Source: Penicillus capitatus
Taxonomy: Eukaryota > Plantae > Chlorophyta
Direction of reading: 5' to 3'
NCBI GenBank assembly: GCA_965649825.1
Contig: OZ287701.1
Span: 237,101-301,100 of the forward strand
Length of the DNA stretch: 64,000 bases
The position numbers were made by a program, and so were the translations under genes. The notes beneath the pieces are model-generated. The model was not told the DNA's origin, made no database searches, and saw nothing but the letters and a program-made list of their open reading frames with translations. Positions 12,845 to 23,599 of this stretch are shown piece after piece; position 1 is the first letter of the stretch; every line of letters begins with the position of its first letter.

Positions 12845-13648
12845 TTAGATTTTTTCCATTTTGATTTGACAGAGAGGATACAGCATCTGCGCTTCTTCGT
12901 TGTAGAAGATATTGGTCGTGTTCATTGCATTGAAGATCGTAATAGCTTCACGCGGTTCCACCGGTTCGTCGGGAGACTCGAACGACTCTCCGGCGTCCGT
13001 GCCGGCATCGTAAGCATTGAGATTGCGATAACCCGTTTCTGGATATCGCTCCGCCCAAACATACCCGCCGTTTCCATCCTCGACGCAGAGGTTAACATTT
13101 GAAACGCCAACGAACCAATCCGGCGACGGTGCCGCCATAGAAATCATCGACGTGTAAGGAAAGTAGGCGCTCACGGTAACCATGCCAGCGTGATTGCAGA
13201 CCCCTGAGCCAGCGTTTTCACTGTCCGGTTCGCACATCCATGAGAAGTAAGAGTCTTCAGCGCAGTCCCCTTCCAACGTACACTCTTCGACTTCCTCCTC
13301 GAGAAACGAGCAGTCGCCCATTTCGGCCACATACTTAACGCCGTCCGTAGACAAGCCGCCCTCCTAGATGACGAAAATAGAAGGCCCATGAATGCAGTCT
13401 TGGAGAAGGCTTACGTAAAACATTGTGTATGCGGCGTTGTGCGTGGCACCACACATGGGACTGAACGTAGCGTCCTCAGGATAGTCTCTCGGATGGCGCA
13501 CGGATGTCCATTGGCATTCGTTGGTCACAAGGTACGTCGCTGAGCCCGAGCATTTCGATGGGCTCGTCTTCAATTCGCGCGCTGTGCTCAAAAGAACGAA
13601 ACAGCAAAGGAAGGCCAACGGCAGAACAGACGAAGAATACGTCATCAT
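12845..13648 (-). CDS. Secreted Spondin_N (F-spondin/mindin-type) domain protein, 2 exons
   Basis: Signal peptide, then HPRDYP, FSPMCGATH, SMAAPSPDWFVGV and YDAGTDAG, which are Spondin_N hallmarks. 51-nt GT-AG intron at 13364-13414. Confidence 0.9.
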
Positions 13649-13769
13649 TGTGAACTCTTTGAAGAAAGATCTCGGCAACGACTGAGTTTGGCAAAGACTG
13701 AGCAGAGATCGGATAAATAGAGCAGATGCGCATCGCGTGATGATCATTCCAGTCGAGCGATGTGCATGA

Positions 13770-13837
13770 CATCATCGAAAAGCAGTCGACGTCACATCAA
13801 GCACCATCATCGAAAAGCGGTCGACGTCACATCAAGC
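13770..13837. repeat. Two-copy 35-bp tandem duplication upstream of the first spondin gene
   Basis: CATCATCGAAAAGC(A/G)GTCGACGTCACATCAAGC occurs at 13770-13802 and 13805-13837. Confidence 0.9.
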
Positions 13838-14060
13838 GAGTTTACGTGAGGCTGGTATCATGCTCGGCACACAGGTGGTCAATCATTACGATGTATTAAA
13901 ACAAGACGTAACTTGTTCATACATAGCGTCGCAGAAATCAATCAACCGAACAACGTCGATGAGTACGATGATGTTTCTTCTAGACTGAAAAATCATAGGC
14001 GATACAACAACAAAGCCTCTTTTTCTTCGATCGTTCCAAGAGACACCAAACAGAAAATAC

Positions 14061-14841
14061 TCAAGCCATTTCAAGCATGACACGACATAAGGGATACAGT
14101 CTCCCAGCTTCCTGGTTATAGAAGATGTTGCTTGCATTGGTGGCGTTGAAAATGGTGATAGGAATGAAGGGATCCAACGGAAGATCCGGCGACAAGAACG
14201 TCACACCGCCGTCCGTGCCCGCATCTTGTCCATAAAGGTTCATCTGGTTCTCCGGCGGATAGCGCTCGACCCAGGAGAAGTTGCCCGTGACTTCATCTTG
14301 CTGACAGAGATTCACCGAGGAGATTCCCACGATCCAATCGGGCGATGGGGCAACCATCGAAATGGCCGACACGTAAGGATACGCCGTCGACACATTGATC
14401 ATGCCAGAATGCGAACAGACACCGTTGGTCACTCCTTCGTCGTTTTGTGAGGTATCACACATATAGGAGAAAAATCCGCCTGTGGCACAGGATCCTGCCG
14501 TCGCACAGAATTCTATCTCTCCTTCCAGTATGCTGCAGTTTCCTGTCTCGGCAACGTCGCGGACGCCGTCCGTAGAAATGCCTCCACCCTAAGATGACAG
14601 CATGTCTTGTCGTTTGCCTTGTGAGACGGCGTCTTACGGCAAAGAGTTCATAGTTGGCGTTGTGGGCTGTGCCGCACATGGGACTGAACATAGCATTTGC
14701 CGGAAAATCGGTGGGGTGCGTTGCGTTTGTCCATTCACAGACATTCGAGAAACGATAGATGACGGATCCGGGACATTGTGCGTGTGCTGCAGAAATCGCT
14801 AAGGCGAGGGCAGCGAGAAAAATCGAAGCACGCGAAAGCAT
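14061..14841 (-). CDS. Secreted Spondin_N domain protein, tandem paralogue, 2 exons
   Basis: Signal peptide MLSRASIFLAALALAISAAHA, then HPTDFP, FSPMCGTAH, SMVAPSPDWIVGI and QDAGTDGG. Same intron position as the 12845 gene. Confidence 0.9.
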
Positions 14842-15066
14842 GTTGCAAGAACTGAACTGTGAAGTGCAGAATGAAGAATGTTAATCGACCTCAAATAAAT
14901 AGTGCCATTAGCGGTGGCGAGAAATGACACGAGCATGACGCCATTGCTTTACAGACCACTCGCAGCGAATACGGTCCGCCCGGTTCAATGATGCTCATTT
15001 AACGGATTGTTGCTGCGAGCCTGGAGAGGAGCTGCTGCGAATTGGACGACGGATAGAAGACCGTCT

Positions 15067-15722
15067 ATGCAGACTGTTAAGCTCGAAGCACTCGAAGCGA
15101 CACCGGATACGTTCGCTCCTTATGGACAGGTAAAAAAAGAGAACCGCTTACAGGGACGCTGATGGCCTTGTAGGTTATCAAAGTGGCTCCAGATATGGAT
15201 CTCTTTGGTCCACAAGATGCTCAACTCGACCTGAGTCAAGGCATCCCTCGGTTAGCAAACCGTCGACATTCAGCAATGTACAAACATCGGACATGTCTAC
15301 AGTTTCTACATTATACGGATAAAACGAAAAATAGGACTGGAGTTCGATGCCATTACCTACCATGACAAGGTGCGGAGTCCGTCACAGACGCGATGCAGAA
15401 TACAGAAGTTTGGCTGGTGATGCGGTGTTAGGTGACACAGTGTTTGGCGGCTGCATCGGAGAATATATGGTACATGTGCGTGGCTTCGCCCTCCGCGAAA
15501 CCTGCTCCCAAGATCGAAGACATCAAGGCATTTCGCATTCCGCCCAAGACGATTGTTAAACTGGAGAGAGGGACGTGGCATGCAGGGCCATTGATTACGA
15601 ACGATTCCGCTACGGAGTTCTATAATCTGGAATTGAGCGATACCAATCAAGTGGATCACCAAGATCATGACTTTAAAGCAGAAGGTGTCCGTTTTTTGGT
15701 CGAAGACAAAAACACTGCATAA
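15067..15722 (+). CDS. Ureidoglycolate lyase/hydrolase family (cupin) protein, 4 exons
   Basis: [48 protein letters not shown] and [10 protein letters not shown], joined across three GT-AG introns. Confidence 0.85.
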
Positions 15723-15735
15723 CCACTGCCGTTGG

Positions 15736-16660
15736 TCACTCTTCTGCGATCTTGGCGCATTGCAGTCTCGAAGGAGGTTCGTGTAGGCAGGCATCGATAG
15801 CATAAACCTAATCCATCACATCCTTTTGATGTGACGTTTTGAAAAGACGACGAACCGTGTTGATAATCGCCGTGCCTTCGCCCTTTTCGGACCAGTAGAA
15901 TTTGTTCCCGAACTTCCCAGTCAGTCGAGACCAAAAAGACTGTGAAGAGAAAGGGGGTCAAATAGCATCGCTCTGTATCGAACGGACAAACCCTTGGCAC
16001 TTGGAGATCGATGTTGCTGCCGACATTGAAGTTCAGAATGCCTCCAAAGGTGGGATCCGCTACGAAAACGACGGTGTCGTCATCGACGGCCCAGTAATCG
16101 CGCACTGCCAGTCCGGGAGTCTCCGGATAGTTCTGCGCCAAGAGTCTCAGTTTCACACCCGTCTCATTCTCAATGGCCTGGATCTCTCCTTTCAACCTCC
16201 TCTCCTATGCACCTCCAGTCATTAAAAAAGTGAGCGATGTGACAGACGAGTGCCTCTCCAGGTGTCAGAAAACCAGCGACGTCGATCACGGTAGTCGGAT
16301 CCTTAGGAAGGAGATCGGGGCGATTAACAGATTCGAGTCTTGCCACTGCCGGATCTACGCCGACATGTCTTTGTTAGTAGAGGGACCAACTACCGTTTGG
16401 AGTATACTGGACAGTAATAGGTGTGCACTAAGGAAGCTGCCGAGTAGCCAGACACCACCACTGCCACAGAAAGCACGATTACTGCTCTCTTGCGACCAGC
16501 CCTTCGCCCTAAATGGCAGTTACCGTTTGCAGATGAGATTCAATCCGTCATAGCAACGCTGCGTGGTAACGGTGACGGTGGATGCTTGACGAGTGACGTC
16601 GTTTTGCAGAGGAAATCGCGAGATCGTTCAAGGAGCGAAACGTAGCCGAACCCATGGTGC
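15736..16660 (-). CDS. TPM-domain thylakoid lumen protein (TL15-type); start codon uncertain
   Basis: [73 protein letters not shown] and DACLHEP. An upstream segment resembles a twin-Arg plus hydrophobic targeting peptide. The 5' exon structure is unresolved. Confidence 0.8.
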
Positions 16661-16755
16661 ATCTAATGAGCATTATCCTCGCTGTCTAAGCTGACATAAT
16701 CGCGCACTGTCGTCCATGCGTCATTCGTCTTTCCGGACCTGTAACGTCTTCGAAC

Positions 16756-18994
16756 ATGTCGAGCTTCCTTCTACGTAATGGCGCGCAAGCCTATGAGTCT
16801 ACGGAGCTATTGGAGGAGCCCTCGGCTTCTTTCGCTTCACGTTCAGTGTACCATAGCGCTATCACAGAAGCGCCGGTTTTAAATGAGATCGGATGGGCTG
16901 AGGATTGGGATGGACCACAACGTTCGAGCTCTCTCCACGAAGCCATCTCCGAGCCTATGTGGTACGCGTTGCTATCGGATGTCGCGACGCTCGTAGCTTT
17001 GCCTGTCGGAACCAGGGAGAGAATCCGACGCGGATCCACGATCGCCGAGCTTATACAAACGTCTCCCGAAGAGGTCATCAGCGCGCTCAAGACTCACGCC
17101 GTCAAGAAACTTGGAACATTCAAAATGAAGGTAACTTACCGAGCCTTCGAGACAGCGTTCACGTCGCGATATTGCGGTGAAGGACTCGGATGTCCTCCTG
17201 GCCTTCAAAAACAAGATTATGCTCACTCGTGGTTCGGCGCTTGCGCGGGAGACCATGTTTCAACGAAAGTGGGAAGATGTTATCTACAAAGAAATCTCTA
17301 GCTATCGACACCTTCATCATAAAGTCATGCAAGAGAGTGAGATTGTCTTCATGACGATCGCCAAGAGACAAGAGACATGACGGTGCGCTTTAGATGCATG
17401 GGTGCAGGACGTGACGCTTGCTGCATACGTGGTGAACATCAAAGACGCTGCAGCAGGACGCAGCAAAGGCCTCCTTTCTCCCCTGGTGCGAAAATCTCAG
17501 AGCGGTGCAACCAGCGATCAAGTCTTTGATCTCCCTGCCGTCCGCGCTGTCATCGAACACAAGTGGTGCAACTGGGCACGCCGTTATCTAGTCGCCGAGT
17601 TTGGTCTGTATCTCGGATGGCTGGTGTGCTTTGTCATATACCTGGTCTCCTACATCGTACGCGTTTCATTTGGTCATCGAAGCAGAGATGACACATCTGG
17701 TTTTTCAGGAAGGCAATATCGACAAGGACTTTGACGATCACGGTGCGGGCGGACGACTCCTCGAAGTGGAGTCTTCCTTCTTTCTGCCGCTTTCCGTTGT
17801 TTTCATTCTGCCTTTCCTCGTCATCGAATACAACACCATCCGAAGCTACGGCTTAAGATGGTTTCAGATGTGGAACATCATCGACGCCTTCTCCTACATC
17901 CTGCAGGTTTTCTCTTTCAATCTCGTGCCGATTCACGGATATGTGTTCCCAGTTCGTAATTCTGTACTTCCACTTCAGAGTGGACGACAAATCGACGAAT
18001 GATTTCTACAACACCGTCTTAGCTGTGCAATGTGTTCTCCTTTTCATCAAAGTCCAGTACTTCATCAGGTGAGTTTCCCAGTCGGCTGTCTAATGTTGAT
18101 GTTCTCCCAACAGGTCGTTTGGAGCTCAAACCTCTTTCGTCGAACTGTTGGCACGCGTCATTATCAAAGCTCGTTGGTTCCTTCTCTTCATCATTCTCAG
18201 CATGGTTTCAGTGTCTCTCGCTTTCGCCGTGCTCTACAAGGAAGATGCGGTAAGGCTTGTTTCGTCTGTTCGATTTTTGACCATGGACTGCAGAATAAAA
18301 AAGAACACGAAGAATCTGCGGACGATTTCGACAGTTTTGTGCGTTCTATGGTCACCGCTTATGCCATCCTGCTCGGAGACTTCGAGTCCGGCTACGTCTT
18401 CGATGGCACAAACAGATATGTGAAAGGCGCCTTCGTTCTCCTGTTCCAAGTCCTGATGTCCATCACTGTTCTGAACCTCCTTATCGCTGTCATGACCGAA
18501 GCTTACGCCTGGGTCTGTATTTCCTACAATGAAAATCGAAGAAATGCTTAATGTCTGGATACAGGTCACTACGCAATCGAGAATTATGTACAACATGGGA
18601 AGAGCAGAGATCATGGACGAACTGGAAATGGCGATTCCGAAAGCCTGGGGACCAAAACTGGAGCCCTTCGTTCACTTCCTCATCGTGCAGAAAGAAGCAA
18701 GAATGTTATAGCATCGATTCCTGCAGTACACTGTTAAGTGTGTCGAATGCAGGAACACGGCTCTCAGCGGGGAGCTGAGCACGACCATTTCTCTCGGAAA
18801 TAATGACCCCCTGCGCAACGAGGTCAAACATCTTGGTACTAAGATGACGGTTTGTGTCCACGTACTCTTCAGTCCTTAAGAGTTTCCTTTTGTTCCAGGC
18901 GGTCGATTCCAAGTTAGCAAAACTGGAAAAAATGATACAGCAAATTTCAACTGGCAACGCCGGGGCTCCTCAGACTTCTCACTCAGGACCCTGA
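16756..18994 (+). CDS. TRP-like 6-TM cation channel (TRP-2), about 12 exons, apparently intact
   Basis: LPAVRAVIEHKW, WNIIDAFSY, pore YAILLGDFES, S6 ITVLNLLIAVMTEAY and MYNMGRAEIMDELE. All introns can be placed as GT-AG with the frame preserved. Confidence 0.88.
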
Positions 18995-19711
18995 GCATCC
19001 AACGATCCAAACAATTTCTATTTATCATTGAGTTTCGAATGAACCAGACTCTGAACCTTGGCAGAGTCGTGCATGTTTTTCTATTGGGTAAGCATGCGTT
19101 GCAACCGCAAGTATCCTGTTCGACAAGACGATCGAAAAACGTTTCTCTTCGTTTTTCGACTCTGGTAATGAGGGAAATGTGCAAAACGATCAAGATGACG
19201 GCGACGACAACACGACTAATACCGTCTCCGTATGCGAATCTGTTGCTCGTTGGAAAGAGCGCGCATCTTACGACCTGTCTTTATTGTGTCGAAGACAAAG
19301 CTCAGTGATGCCGAAGGACAATTTTCCGCAGTGTTTCAAACGAAGCATATCGATTGTGAGATAACATGAGGACCACCGTTGTAACAGCGTGGTCGTAAAA
19401 ACGCACGTGTTACCATGACGGTGCTCGCGCACCGACGCTCGAACGCTTGCGTACACCGAATCGAATCGAACAAGCACGAACTGTCTCGTCTGATCGTTTT
19501 CTCCAGACGTGATCAGGACTCGTTCAAGAGAGCAAGTAAGCAAGGCCGCATTCATCGATGTTACAGTGGTTCGTCGAAAGCTTCTGTTGTGAAACTGCAC
19601 AGCAAACAACAAACACCGCCACAAGAATCTCCGTGCTTTCATGAGACTATAAAGCTCGAACTGAGAGATGAATAAGTTTGTGTTAATAGCATTGTGTGTG
19701 ACGCGAGGCGG

Positions 19712-20499
19712 TGTCAGTGGACAGCTGTCCACCTTCGTGCAGCTGACACGGGACGCGTCAAATGTCACATCGACGCGTATAAAGACCGAACACTGATTGC
19801 CAGAACAGTCTTTGTAATCTTTTACGCCTTCGTCGTTAACCCGTCCGTTGACGAACACGACATGGTTTCGGAGCGACAAAGATTCCGGCGATAGAATCCC
19901 GTCATCGAAGACTGAAGACTTTCCAAGACACGACCGTGGTGACAGCGTTTTACCTACCACCTGCAGTCTGTAGTTCGTTCCATCGTCCGAGCTGCTGTGT
20001 TTCAGTTCCACCGTCCGAGTTGCTGCGTTTCAGTTTCACGCTGCGATAAGCGTGCTGTTGCGCATTGTTGTGTTTACGTTCGTTGTTACTTTGTCCGTGT
20101 TTACGTTTTTTATCTGGGTCACCACGGACGTGTTGTCGCTGTGAAGTACGGTTCGAATTTCCAGAGTCGGCGCTGAAGTCTCAGAGACGTAAGAGCTACA
20201 AAGCTGCGGCGAATGGGCCGCAGAGGGAGAAGCCACGTGACGATGGCCCTGGTTCGACTCCTGGCCAGCCTGATGACATCCCGACTATCGTGAAATGTGT
20301 TCCGTTCGCATTATTCGGAGTCTGCACAACGGAAAGGGGGTGGGCACATGTCAGTGGACAGCTGTCCACCTTCGTGCAGCTGACACGGGACGCGTCAAAT
20401 GTCACATCGACGCGTATAAAGACCGAACACTGATTGCCAGAACAGTCTTTGTAATCTTTTACGCCTTCGTCGTTAACCCGTCCGTTGACGAACACGACA
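19712..20499 (+). mobile_element. Complete TRIM-type non-autonomous LTR retrotransposon (788 bp)
   Basis: Identical 151-bp direct repeats at 19712-19862 and 20349-20499, each TGTC...GACA. 4-bp TSD GCGG (19708-19711, 20500-20503). PBS-like TGGTTTCGGAGC directly after the 5' LTR. Purine tract GGAAAGGGGGTGGG at 20331-20344 before the 3' LTR. TATAAA inside the LTR. The 486-bp internal region has no gag/pol motifs. Confidence 0.93.
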
Positions 20500-21243
20500 G
20501 CGGACATAACATAATGTTAATCGCGGTGCTTGCATAAGCAAGGATTAGCTCTGTCCCCAAAGGCTTCGGCAGAGCAGTACGGAGGAAAGACAACCTCTTT
20601 TTGCTTAAATAAAGTAACGAAATTATGCAGATGAATAGAGCAAAGATATGGCCGAGACGTTGCCTTAGCAAATGCAGTTGTAGAGATTCGCCGTAAAAGT
20701 AATTAAAGAAACTGTGAACGTCGGCCAGACAGCCGAGTCCGGACCGGATGGCGAATTGCGCAGGGAAACTCCGTCCACAATGTATAATTACATACTTAGA
20801 CGGATACAACAGTACAGTCCCCGTGTAAATACTCAGAATGACGTCAGTCTTCTTTCATGCTATCGTCGTGCATGATGAGCCTCTCGCGCAACGAACGTCA
20901 CAGAGACAATTCTTGCAAGATTTCGGAAGCAATTTATTACCCCTTGCTCGCGACGTGTTTTGCGGCAGGTTCTTTGGACACTCAACTTGAGTTATATCAC
21001 AAATGGTGTTCATCTCTTTCACCAGCTTATTTAACACTACTGAGTCGTCAATACGCCGACCGTTTGCTGTTCATTGACACGTGTTCTCTAAAGATAAACC
21101 GATTAGCGTTGACTGATTGATTGAACCGTTCGACTTCTCTAGACAGCGAAATCGCCAACCGACATGAATAGAAGAGTACTCGCTGCAAAGATCTTGTTAA
21201 CAAACCCGAGATTTGCGTTTAACGTAGCCTCGACAACAAAGAC

Positions 21244-21578
21244 TGTCGGGAATCGCTGTAACGATGCGCTTCACACGAATCGACTCTCAGCGCGAACGAC
21301 GACGTGAACGCACGCTCAGACCGCGAACACAGGAATACGAGTTGATTAAATGAAACTGTCGCGTTTAAGTACTCGCGGTGGTTGGGGATTCCCTAACCTC
21401 AAGAGCAACAGCTGTGAACTCCTGCCCACGTTCAACAACCATCAGCCTACCGTTATTGCAACAGCAGGTCAGAGGCGAACACCCGTCGCGACCGATGATC
21501 AGCGCGCCAGGGTGGTTCTTCGCCGACGCAACCGTTCTGATGGTTGTGGCGGGCGACGTGACATCTGCATATCCGACA
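21244..21578. mobile_element. Solo LTR-like insertion, family 3 (335 bp)
   Basis: Perfect terminal inverted repeat TGTCGG/CCGACA with 5-bp TSD AAGAC (21239-21243, 21579-21583). Diverged copy at 22206-22541. Confidence 0.8.
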
Positions 21579-21792
21579 AAGACATTGAAGGGGATGTGGA
21601 GTGATACATCAATGGCTAAATTCATACACTTAAAATGGCAGTCAGACAGTCATGTACCATTGTCATAAAGCCGAAGGGAGGGAAAGGAGTTGAAAAAAAC
21701 GTCACGTCATAACATGAGACGTGTGTGAGAGAGAAGTTTGTTGGATTTACACGGGCTTTTGACTAACAAATCAGCCTGGAAAATGAAACTTG

Positions 21793-21945
21793 TGTCAGTG
21801 GACAACTGTCCGCCTTCGTGCATTTGACCAAAAGGATGTGTCGATGTGACGTCTGCATCTATAAAATCCGGACTAACAACGATTGAATAGTCTTTAAAGC
21901 GATCTGCCTTCGTCATTAACCGCGTCGTTCATCGACAACGTGACA
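21793..21945 (+). mobile_element. Solo LTR, family 1 (diverged; TSD not preserved)
   Basis: Runs TGTCAGTGGACAACTGTCC...GTCGTTCATCGACAACGTGACA. The 3' end matches the 1475 copy. Flanks CTTG and CCGT do not match each other. Confidence 0.75.
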
Positions 21946-22205
21946 CCGTGACGGCATCATTACGTGAAGCATGACATTGTGCAAAGAGTATAAAAAGGAG
22001 GTTTGTTCGGAAAACAGAACCTTTTAGAAACCTGTCTTGCTTTGTTATACATTTTAGCTTTTACCAAATCTGCCCGTATCAACACCCTAGTTTTTCTGTG
22101 CCTTTTTCGTCTCATATTTCTTTTCCAATCAGAGCGCATCTCCACCATGTCCACCTTGCGCGAGCGATAGATGGTAGTCGTTAGATGCGAACCTTACGTG
22201 GAGAC

Positions 22206-22541
22206 TGTTGAAGATCGATGTAAACACAAGTTCAAAGTGGAGTCGACCCTCGCGCAACGGACGGACAGAAACGCAATCGGATTGTGAGATACGAACACGA
22301 GTTGTTACAAAGAGGAATGTCAGCCTTAAATATCCAGAGTGGTTATGGACTCCCTAACCTTTGCACCTAACAGTTGGGAACTTCAGCAAATGTCTGATAA
22401 CCACATCCCTAACGTTATGGGGAAGTTAGCTCGGGAGCCGACATCCGTCGCGACCGATGGTCAGTGCGCCTGGATGGTTATGCTACGGCTCTAGCACTTC
22501 CGCTGGTTACAACACGACAGTTAGGAGCTACATCTCCTACA
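22206..22541. mobile_element. Solo LTR-like insertion, family 3 (336 bp, older copy)
   Basis: Aligns end to end with 21244-21578. TG...CA ends. Flanks GAGAC and GAAAC match at 4 of 5 positions. Confidence 0.7.
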
Positions 22542-23599
22542 GAAACCGTCACACTACCGTCTACGTTTGATGAAAAACAACCCAATGATGACAACCATCA
22601 CGGATACAGTGACAATCTAAAAACATCTTGACTTGGTAGTATTGGTTGATTTAGAAGCAGAAGACATCGGTCAACATATAATGCAATGGTAAATGATACA
22701 ATTGTTTTCGTCAAGAGACTGCTATCAAGCATCTCTGTCTTCGGACAGGTGTCCTCTTTCGGGTCGCATAATCGTCAAGCTACTTAAACGCTTCCCTATT
22801 ACCAACTCTGCCTTGTCTGGAGTTTTTCCTGTTGATGGCATCGTATCTCGGCGTCGTTTCCGAGCGTCAAGAGTGCATCGGTTTGTAGACTCCGCTTAAA
22901 TATCGCCGTATAGTAGACTTCGTTTCTCGCTTTCTGTGTAAAGCCAAGCCCAACACAACTATTGTGACTCGCGGTTTACTGAGCAAAGGGGAATCGACAA
23001 GGAGCACCGAAGATGAGCATGCAACCACGCAGCAAACGGTGACGAGGTCCCGGACGAGGGCGCAAATTTCCAGCTGCACGACCCATTAGCAGCATATATG
23101 AGCAGAAAAAAGCGGAGTCCGGAAGCCTTGATGGACGACGACGCGCGAAACTTGAATTTGACTTTCGCAGCGTATAGATGTGAAATCGCGTCTCGGGCCC
23201 AGGACGAAGGGACCGCTTTGACGCCCAGACGACGATCAATGGTGATCGCGGATTACAGGGTAGAAGTTCTCAAACAAGCAGCCAATAATGTCTCTATGCA
23301 AAAGCGGCATGCGCATAAATAATGCCGTCGACTCAGTTTTGCCGCGTCTTTCGAATCGTCACCTGATTGACTTAGGGCAGTCAATCCGTCACTTTAACAA
23401 TAGAGTGGTTGTAAAAACCTTATATGCAACATCTTGCCAAAGACTATTATTCCCTAGAAGCTAACACCATATGTGTTGCTTAACATAACACCCGCAACCG
23501 TCATTGTATTTATGTAGCTCATCAAAGCCTCCACTTGAGGAAAGAAATACGTCGGAGTCATTTAAACGCGATTTCTCTTGCAAGATTTTCTTTTCGACG

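Noticed and set aside
20221-20275. tRNA gene
   Set aside because: Only a T-arm-like segment is present. There is no D-arm or anticodon arm and it is too short, so it is reported as a B-box instead.
19268-20507. Cys-containing ORFs (NDEGVKDYKDCSGNQC...SCTKVDSCPLT) suggesting a secreted peptide family
   Set aside because: They are the antisense reading of the LTR. Other copies differ by non-triplet indels, and the repeat is bounded by TG..CA and TSDs.
21244-22541. One LTR element with the two 335-bp repeats as its paired LTRs
   Set aside because: Each repeat has its own TSD, they are highly diverged, and no PBS or PPT lies between them.
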